A stretch of 52,785 nucleotides of DNA from a virus. Lineage: Duplodnaviria > Caudoviricetes. The notes under the pieces are model-generated. The model worked only from the letters and a program-made list of their open reading frames with translations. It ran no database searches and was not told the origin of the DNA. Location: positions 1-52,785 of IMG/VR virus record IMGVR_UViG_3300042291_002130. One strand, written 5' to 3'. Shown here piece after piece: positions 46,266-52,785 of this stretch. The position numbers and the translations under genes were made by a program. Each line of letters opens with the position of its first letter. The stretch's first letter is position 1.

Positions 46266-46295
46266 TTTGGGGAGCATTATTTTTAACTCCCCAAA
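46266..46295. terminator. Hairpin terminator after the RadA-like gene
   Basis: TTTGGGGAG/CTCCCCAAA. Confidence 0.65.
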
Positions 46296-46302
46296 GATAT
46301 TT

Positions 46303-47508
46303 TTATCGACCCATTGAGATAGCTACGTCTGTTCCTAAGTCATCGCTCTCGCCATTGATATAATCAATTATTTCAACCATCTCATCAGTTACCTCTTCTA
46401 CGGAGTGATCTTCTTCGACTGCTCGTGAACCGCCTAGGAAGATATTCTCAAACTCGCGAGTCAAGTCTTGTTGACGTAGGGTTTCAGTATTCTCAAAGCT
46501 TCTAATCTCTTCAGTCTCTTGGAATCGAGCAGTATCGTATACTACTGCACCAGTCTCGTCCAGCTTGTAGTAGAGTCTCTTGCCAGTGCCGCTACCTCCT
46601 CGTCTGTTCTTTGAGAACTCAATATAACGTTGGCCAGCCAAGTCGAAGCGTATCTCTAGCATGGCAGTAGTTGCGTGCTTAAGATAAGTAGAACCTACAT
46701 ACTGACCACCTTTAGTCATGTGTTGAATTGCCAAGACTGCGTTACCGCATTTCTCTGCAGCGTCTATCATCATGTTAGTTAACCAGCTTTCTGCTTTAGT
46801 TGACTTCCAGCCATGCACCTCTTTTAATTTTACTAAGACATCTTGGTAAGAATCTAATAGGATAATATCATGGTCGCCATTGAAACTCTTCTCTAAGACT
46901 TGGGATAATTGACCGTTCTTAACATAGTCCATTAGGAGTAGGGTAGGAACCTTGCCAATAGCTGGGGTCTTGCGGTAATAGAACATAATATCGTTACGTG
47001 TCATCTCGCTAGAAATGTAGAGTATCTTCGCCTCTGGATTTTGGTCTACGATAGAAGCTAAGAGATCTAGCATGACAGTTGACTTGCCGACGCCTGACTC
47101 TCCAATTACAATATTAACTGTTCCGCCATAGAGTCCACCACCTTCTTCGTGATCAGAAAAGAGATCGTCGATCTTCTTGCCTGCCTTGAATAATCCAAAG
47201 CTTGGGAATTCCATGTCCTCTACTCGGATAATATTAGGCTCGTCAGTTACTACGGAGTGACCTATGCGTGGCTCAGCAGGTGTCTCTACAACCGGCGTAC
47301 TTGCTACTGAACTTGCACCATGACCCTCTGCCTGAATCTTTTTGATTACTCCATTAAATAGTCCATAAGAGATATCTTCGTCTTTAGGCACCTTATCAAA
47401 TGCTGTGAATAGATCCAATACCTTAGCTCTTGGTACAACTCCTTCATGGGTATCGTTAAACCATTGACGAACTTCTTGCTCTTTCTTTCCTCCTTTAATC
47501 TCAATCAT
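46303..47508 (-). CDS. RadA/Sms-like RecA-superfamily ATPase
   Basis: GESGVGKST, LYISSE, ILLDSYQ, HMTKGG..VGS..LKH, KNRRG; no N-terminal Zn finger and no Lon-like C-domain. Confidence 0.8.
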   Translation of the reverse strand: MIEIKGGKKEQEVRQWFNDTHEGVVPRAKVLDLFTAFDKVPKDEDISYGLFNGVIKKIQAEGHGASSVASTPVVETPAEPRIGHSVVTDEPNIIRVEDMEFPSFGLFKAGKKIDDLFSDHEEGGGLYGGTVNIVIGESGVGKSTVMLDLLASIVDQNPEAKILYISSEMTRNDIMFYYRKTPAIGKVPTLLLMDYVKNGQLSQVLEKSFNGDHDIILLDSYQDVLVKLKEVHGWKSTKAESWLTNMMIDAAEKCGNAVLAIQHMTKGGQYVGSTYLKHATTAMLEIRFDLAGQRYIEFSKNRRGGSGTGKRLYYKLDETGAVVYDTARFQETEEIRSFENTETLRQQDLTREFENIFLGGSRAVEEDHSVEEVTDEMVEIIDYINGESDDLGTDVAISMGR

Positions 47509-47567
47509 AATTTCTAATTTTTTTAGGTTAGTTTGACTTAATTATTATACTAAAAAACTGTTGTACT

Positions 47568-48005
47568 TTAAAACTTATTACGACTTAATTCATGTAATCT
47601 TGTTAGTTCTTCAGCGGTTAAACTTTCGACTCCTCCTCTGTCACTGATAAGCTCTAACAACTCGTCTAGGTTAAGAGTACACTGCTCGTCTCCATACAGG
47701 TGGTCAAAGTCTGCATTTGCTTGAGCAAAAGCTGGAAACATCAGGTGGCATAGGTGTACGCCGGTGTCTCCAGCTGGGTCCCATACAATTACAGGTAGTG
47801 AGTCTCCATGCTCGTCAGCAACCTTTTTATAGAGGTCTACTATCTCGTCAGGTGTAAAGTCTGTTTTAATAATAGATATCACGCCAAATGGAGTACCGCA
47901 TCCTACACCTTTTTGGGAACGCCCGCTGATAGTCTGAATAATTGCGTATTCTTTTTGAGTTGGCATATTAGAACCAAAGCGAAAGATAACTAATTTCTTT
48001 TTCAT
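47568..48005 (-). CDS. Hypothetical early protein with DUF6576-like C-terminal helix pair
   Basis: LDELLELISDRGGVESLTAEELTRL. Confidence 0.55.
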   Translation of the reverse strand: MKKKLVIFRFGSNMPTQKEYAIIQTISGRSQKGVGCGTPFGVISIIKTDFTPDEIVDLYKKVADEHGDSLPVIVWDPAGDTGVHLCHLMFPAFAQANADFDHLYGDEQCTLNLDELLELISDRGGVESLTAEELTRLHELSRNKF

Positions 48006-48030
48006 AATCGTTTTGTTTTTAAGTTATATA

Positions 48031-48063
48031 GTAAATATAACCAATCACTATTAATCTTGACAA
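48031..48063 (-). promoter_or_regulatory. Repeated early promoter, Bacteroidota-type (-33 TTG, -7 TAnnTTT(G/A))
   Basis: Minus strand TTGT(C/A)...GGTTATATTT(A/G). Copies at 48031-48063, 48816-48848, 49060-49092, 49418-49450 (exact TATATTTG), 51242-51274, 52690-52722; each is 20-30 nt before an ATG. Confidence 0.8.
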
Positions 48064-48118
48064 TTGGGTGAAAATCTTTTTGCACAAAAGTCCAGAGACA
48101 CTTGGCCTGTCTGCATGA

Positions 48119-48146
48119 AAAAAGCCAGTCTCCTTAGAAACTGGCT
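48119..48146 (-). terminator. Rho-independent terminator
   Basis: AGCCAGT/ACTGGCT stem with a U-tract on the minus strand. Confidence 0.65.
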
Positions 48147-48172
48147 CGACTCGGAAAAGCAGCAACCTTAGT

Positions 48173-48586
48173 CTAAATTTTTATTTCATGGTTAATTTCT
48201 TTTGCTAATTCAAATGGAGATCCTCCGTGACTTGCTGCCCACCATCTCCCATCTAATCCAATCACATAACCGTACTCTTCATAGTCTGATTTAAAAAAGT
48301 CTTCGACACTGTTATCGATATGGAAGGTTAGGTCTTCTCCACGGTCTCTGTGATATGCGACAGTTACTCCACCTTGAGGAGACCCGAATGAGTGGGGTCC
48401 ATTTGGCTCTACCTGCTCGTCTAATGAAGCGAGATCTCCCAACTCCACCAAGGCTAGAGTCTTTGCTCTATCATAACACTCTAATAGGATCTTACCATTA
48501 TGTGAGACGTATCCATCAAAGTGACAGTAAACTGATTTTACTGTGCCGTCTTCTAATTCGATTCCAATTCTGCTTCTAGTTGCCAT
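48173..48586 (-). CDS. Conserved phage early hypothetical protein
   Basis: MATRSRIG...SVYCHFDGY..HNG..L...LGDL.SL...AYHRDRGE...EEYGY. Confidence 0.7.
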   Translation of the reverse strand: MATRSRIGIELEDGTVKSVYCHFDGYVSHNGKILLECYDRAKTLALVELGDLASLDEQVEPNGPHSFGSPQGGVTVAYHRDRGEDLTFHIDNSVEDFFKSDYEEYGYVIGLDGRWWAASHGGSPFELAKEINHEIKI

Positions 48587-48597
48587 AGTATCTCTTT

Positions 48598-49651
48598 TTA
48601 TTGGTTAGGTAATTTCTTTTTTAAGGTTCTTAATCGAGCCTTTAATTTTTTAATCTCTAATTTACGAAAGTAAGGTCCGTGATTCCATGGTGTACATCCT
48701 TCAGGCTGTGCCCAGACACTAACTATTTTAGTCTTGTCGTTTTTAAGAAATTCAATTCTTTCTTCGATGGCTTTGATTTGTTCAAGTATCATAGGTTATT
48801 GGGTTAAGTGCTTAAGTAAATATAACCATTATTCTTTAATCTTGACAATCCTGTGAAAGATTTTTTTGCTTTTGATATTCTTCATGGCACTGTTCAAATT
48901 CTTCAGTTGTGAATACCTTTACTATACTTCCTCCTTCAATCGTTTTAAGACGCTCTCTTAATTGAACCGATTCTACTATTTCAAAGTGTCGGTCTCCTCT
49001 TGGTGAGATGATTAACACAATTCTGATTTCTTCCATGATTTGTATGTTTTAGGTTATAAGTAAATATAACCATTACTTTTTAATCTTGACAATTCTATTA
49101 AAACTATTTTTTAAAAACTTCCAGCACGTTCTACTGCAAATGTTAACTCTATTCCCCATGGAAACTTGTATGCTCTGAAACCACCAGTACCTGCGTTTGA
49201 ACTTGGCTCTTCACTCTCTATTACTGTGGCTAAACTGAATCTAGCAGTACCTCTTAATTCAAAGATAGTCGGTCTTCTGTACTCGTCAGAGGATTGCCAT
49301 TTCCAATCAACTTGATCCATGTGAGCTAACACCTTTTCAAAATCAAAGCGATCCATTATCTTGTCTCTCTGTTCGTATAATTCTTCTTTAGTCATAATAA
49401 GATATTTAAGTTATAATACAAATATAACCAACTCTTTTTAATCTTGACAATCTAGCTGGATAAAAAGTCTAGAGACCCTCGTCCTCGGTGATTGCGGATA
49501 TTGAATCCAATAAGGAGATAAGTTCGGCCCATACAAAGCGTTCAACGTCGGTCTCTGCCGTGCTCAACTCTTGTTGGTACATTTCTTTGCGGTTAGCTAC
49601 AAATTCAGAGACGCGCTCTAGCTTAGTTACACTTAAATCTTTTACTATCAT
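48598..49651 (-). CDS. Four small early hypothetical proteins (48598-48792, 48836-49036, 49111-49395, 49469-49651)
   Basis: The first three each have their own copy of the early promoter. Confidence 0.6.
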
Positions 49652-49652
49652 A

Positions 49653-49910
49653 TTAATAATGTTTTACTTTTACAATGGTTGCCGCTTGCTGGCCACCTAC
49701 TTGTTTAATGGTATAAGCACCTTTTACTTTAATCCATTCTAATGTTTTGCGATACGTTGAGTCAGGTTTACTTATCTCTCCAAGAAAGAGAGCGATTTGA
49801 TATGCTTGTTTTACTGTATGACAAACGCCGAGTGTTTCTCTCAGCGCTTGCTCCCATTCAATATCGGGTTCTTTATTACTCATTACAAGATACTTATCCC
49901 TTCTTTCCAT
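49653..49910 (-). CDS. Hypothetical protein
   Basis: ORF within the operon. Confidence 0.5.
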   Translation of the reverse strand: MERRDKYLVMSNKEPDIEWEQALRETLGVCHTVKQAYQIALFLGEISKPDSTYRKTLEWIKVKGAYTIKQVGGQQAATIVKVKHY

Positions 49911-50151
49911 CCTCTATCTTTTTTTGAAGGTCGAGAATAAACGCGCAATCTTCGTAGTCTTCCTTCTCTTCTAAATGGTTTAAGATTACTTTCATTGCTG
50001 TTAATTTATTCTCTATTGGTGCATCATCTTCTACTGCAAAGTCAGGAAAAGTTTTTAGAGATGTCAAGACTAGATCCATAAATTTATCGTAGTCTCGATC
50101 CCGAACTTCCATCAACATTTGAATAAACTCTTGCTCGCTAAAATCATCCAT
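49894..50151 (-). CDS. Small acidic protein with UVR-like C-terminal motif
   Basis: EEKEDYEDCAFILD resembles the UvrB/C motif E.YE.AA.LRD. Confidence 0.5.
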   Translation of the reverse strand: MDDFSEQEFIQMLMEVRDRDYDKFMDLVLTSLKTFPDFAVEDDAPIENKLTAMKVILNHLEEKEDYEDCAFILDLQKKIEDGKKG

Positions 50152-50473
50152 TCTTTTCTAGGTTTATTGAGTTATGTGCATCTACTATAATCAAGCAAGC
50201 GGTATCCTCGCCAAATGTCTCCATCAATTGATTGACTAACATATGGTATCCGCTATTAACAAGCTCTATTCGTAGGTCAGTTAACTCTTCATCATTAACG
50301 GTCAGCACAGATTTGCCGTGGTCGTCGATGAGGTCCCTCATAACATCTCTATAAATAGCTGTTGCATGAAAATATTGCACTAATTGTTTTGGAGATACTT
50401 TCCCAATCTCCTTTACCTGGTCAACAGTTAAAACTACCTCATCTTCACTGTTAAATATAATTCCCTGTTTCAT
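50144..50473 (-). CDS. Hypothetical protein
   Basis: Downstream of the sigma factor; an ACTACGGAGT site lies in its leader. Confidence 0.55.
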   Translation of the reverse strand: MKQGIIFNSEDEVVLTVDQVKEIGKVSPKQLVQYFHATAIYRDVMRDLIDDHGKSVLTVNDEELTDLRIELVNSGYHMLVNQLMETFGEDTACLIIVDAHNSINLEKNG

Positions 50474-50494
50474 ATCGTTACTACGGAGTAAAAT

Positions 50495-51214
50495 TTATAA
50501 TACTTCTAATTTCATTTTTTGAATCGATGCCTTTACGATTTGAGAAACTCGGACGTTAGTCATCTCGTATTTTTCTGCAATAATATCGGTTGGCATCTCA
50601 TAGTCTCGGCCTATTCCAAAGTAATCCATAATAATTGCTCGGTCTCGGTCTTTAAGAAGGTTTAACGCACACTTAACTTTAAATCGGATTGAATCCATCT
50701 CTATATTGAACTCAACTTCTGATCCAGATTTTAAGACAATATCTCCAATGGTATTTCCACCTTCATCTCCAATTGGTGCATCGATGTCTACCTTACGCGG
50801 AATCTCAATGTCTTCGCCTTTCATCTTTGCTTTATAGATAGCATACTCTTGATTGTGAGGCAGTCTTACAATACGACCAGTCTTAGCAACAGACTCGTTT
50901 AGTTTTTTACGAATCCACAACTGAGCATAGTTAATGAATCGCTGACCGTCTCTAGGTTTGAAATTAAGAGCTGCTTCAAGTAGACCCATGTTTCCTTCTT
51001 GGATTAAGTCATCGATTGGCACACCTTGTCCAATGTGGCGATTTGCAAGCTTAACGACAAACTTTAAGTTTGCGCTTACTAATTTTTCTACTGCTTTAGC
51101 GTCTCCCTCTTGGATTGCTACTACTAATTGTTTCTCTTCGCCGATAGTAAGGGGCGCGTTCTTTTGTATTGTTTTAAAATACTTAGGTAGGTTTTCTGAT
51201 GTTTCGAATTTCAT
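50495..51214 (-). CDS. RNA polymerase sigma-70 family factor (RpoD/SigA-like, no region 1.1)
   Basis: KLVSANLKFVV, DLIQEGNMGL..AA..F, RFINYA..WIRK, RIVRLP, region 4 L..RDR.I...FGI...RVSQI. Confidence 0.92.
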   Translation of the reverse strand: MKFETSENLPKYFKTIQKNAPLTIGEEKQLVVAIQEGDAKAVEKLVSANLKFVVKLANRHIGQGVPIDDLIQEGNMGLLEAALNFKPRDGQRFINYAQLWIRKKLNESVAKTGRIVRLPHNQEYAIYKAKMKGEDIEIPRKVDIDAPIGDEGGNTIGDIVLKSGSEVEFNIEMDSIRFKVKCALNLLKDRDRAIIMDYFGIGRDYEMPTDIIAEKYEMTNVRVSQIVKASIQKMKLEVL

Positions 51215-51330
51215 AAGTTCTATTTGTTTTTAAGTTATATAGTAAATATATCTATAAGTTTAATAAAAGTACAATCCTGGTGAAAACTTTTTTAAAATAA
51301 TTCCAGAGACTCCAAACCAGCAGACAAAGA

Positions 51331-51349
51331 AAAAGCGGATTGCTCCGCT
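51331..51349 (-). terminator. Rho-independent terminator
   Basis: AGCGGA-TTGC-TCCGCT with a U-tract on the minus strand. Confidence 0.65.
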
Positions 51350-51355
51350 CTTTAC

Positions 51356-51568
51356 CTATTCTTCTTCATCTGAAGTACAGGTTATTAGCTTTCCGTGCTT
51401 GACGGCTTCCCAATATTCTGACTCTGTCATGGAGTATCCACCATTTAAATCTTTTTGTACACAGTCTGAGCAAGTAATTGCATCTGCATCGATGTCAACA
51501 TTACTAACTACTTCTCCACAACACTTGCATGCGAGATTTTTAAATCCTAATGTTCTCTTCTTACTCAT
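51356..51568 (-). CDS. Small Zn-finger protein
   Basis: CKCC...CSDC. Confidence 0.6.
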   Translation of the reverse strand: MSKKRTLGFKNLACKCCGEVVSNVDIDADAITCSDCVQKDLNGGYSMTESEYWEAVKHGKLITCTSDEEE

Positions 51569-51870
51569 AACCTAGATTTTAATTGTGATAACTCAGAGCA
51601 TAATTCATACTCCTCTATTTCTGTGTAATATTCAATACATCCGTCAACTGCGGTTGCCATTGCTGGTCGGTCTAACATAAAGACAGACTCGGTCTCTTCT
51701 ATCATAAATACTGGAATCTCGTCCAGTTCATGCTCAATCATTCGGCATACAGCTAGGAACACGGCATCTGCTATCTCTGCACGATAGTGTATTGCAAAAG
51801 CATCCCCATCTGTTAGGCCTTCCGCGCTAAACGTTGGGAAAGATAATTCTATGTTTTCATCCTCTTCCAT
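51565..51870 (-). CDS. Acidic protein with UVR-like C-terminal motif
   Basis: YYTEIEEYELCSEL. Confidence 0.5.
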   Translation of the reverse strand: MEEDENIELSFPTFSAEGLTDGDAFAIHYRAEIADAVFLAVCRMIEHELDEIPVFMIEETESVFMLDRPAMATAVDGCIEYYTEIEEYELCSELSQLKSRL

Positions 51871-51889
51871 TACTATATTATACTATTGA

Positions 51890-52666
51890 TTAGTCTTGGG
51901 TTTTTATTAGACCTATTTTTTGTGCAGCATAGAATCTTTCTAATTCAATCTCGGCTCTTAGCTTGGCTCCGTCCAGCGTCTCTTCAAACTGGTCAGCTGG
52001 CAAGAACTTAGATACTTCAGTAATCTTAAGATAGATGCCCAATACTTTTTCCTTGTGATTAAGGAGAAGCCAGACTTTATCCTGCCCGGCTCTTCCCTCG
52101 ACTATCCTGTCTCTAAGCGGTCCCCACTCCATTAGAGAACAGTTTGTAAGAATCCACGATGGTCGTATACTCGAGAGCGGCCATCCGACTCTCTAACAAC
52201 AACATTACTTCCACTCCAGCGAACAGTTAATCCATCTCGACTATAGACATTATCCACTGTTTGTAAGTGTCCTACTAGCGACTCGACTGTCCCATCTCTC
52301 CTTACCACCAGCCATTCACCTAATTGACTATTATAGTCAGCATCAATAACTCCTCGAGTAATTGCAACTTCCTGAATCCTACGATTTGGGTCTAACCAAG
52401 TAAGTAGCTCTCCATCTTTAATCCAATATTCCATAGCTTTTGTTTTTAAGTTCTTAAGTAAATATAAAGTCTGTGTGGAAATAGCCTCCATCACTTTGGC
52501 GACCCCATTCTCCTTGAGCTAACTCGTCAGTCCACTTAACTTTTACTAGGCGTGTCTCAGACGTATCGCAATCTTCGATTACCGTTACCTTAGCTCCTGG
52601 CGATGCTGCGTAATATTGCGGAATTAGAGTATTCCATTCTCCAATCGTTCCTGTCTTAATTATCAT
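51890..52666 (-). CDS. Three early hypothetical proteins (51890-52132, 52132-52434, 52454-52666)
   Basis: Operon behind the promoter at 52690-52722. Confidence 0.55.
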
Positions 52667-52785
52667 ATCGTTTTGTTTTTAAGTTATAAGTAAATATAAC
52701 CATTACATTTAAACAAGTACAATCTTATTGAAACTTTTTTACTAGAGACTCTTTACTACGGAGTAAAAAGAAAAGGGTCAGCTTG

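Noticed and set aside
1013-51233. Antisense or nested ORFs in the track (e.g. 1013-1264, 4541-4855, 25045-25455, 45677-46222, 50958-51233)
   Set aside because: Shadows of well-supported genes on the opposite strand or in another frame.
1-52785. Stop-codon reassignment (code 15 or code 4)
   Set aside because: Long conserved genes are uninterrupted in code 11, coding density is high, and TAG and TGA end genes at sensible boundaries.

Overview
AT-rich fragment of a large T4-like (myovirus-type, probably jumbo) phage genome. The host is most likely Bacteroidota: repeated TTG-N~21-TATATTT(A/G) promoters, A-rich leaders with no Shine-Dalgarno sequence, and FISUMP- and DUF6576-like domains. No tools were used, so all family calls come from recognising motifs. 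Layout: (i) 1-11.3 kb is a virion/late module (gp4-, gp2-, portal gp20-, gp25- and gp13-like genes, a TM+GAF holin candidate, a nucleotidyltransferase). (ii) 11.3-40.5 kb holds mostly plus-strand accessory genes (Prs-like + NAMPT-like NAD+ module, macro domain, SLOG, HADs, methyltransferase, GH73, 2OG-Fe oxygenase, M28 peptidase), interrupted by late genes that have a (G/A)ATAAATA promoter and a T4-like capsid-targeting N-terminus. (iii) 40.5-45 kb is a repeat-rich switch region. It has three tRNA-like RNAs with identical acceptor stems but no valid anticodon arm, each followed by a small ORF. It also has a same-strand array of ACTACGGAGT hairpin/palindrome sites, ~135-bp direct repeats, and an IS607-like serine recombinase whose catalytic Ser is Ala and whose gene carries one of the sites right after that codon. 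(iv) 45-52.8 kb holds minus-strand early genes (DUF932-like, RadA-like ATPase, sigma-70) behind six near-identical promoters. Region (iii) is the best candidate for an undescribed system.
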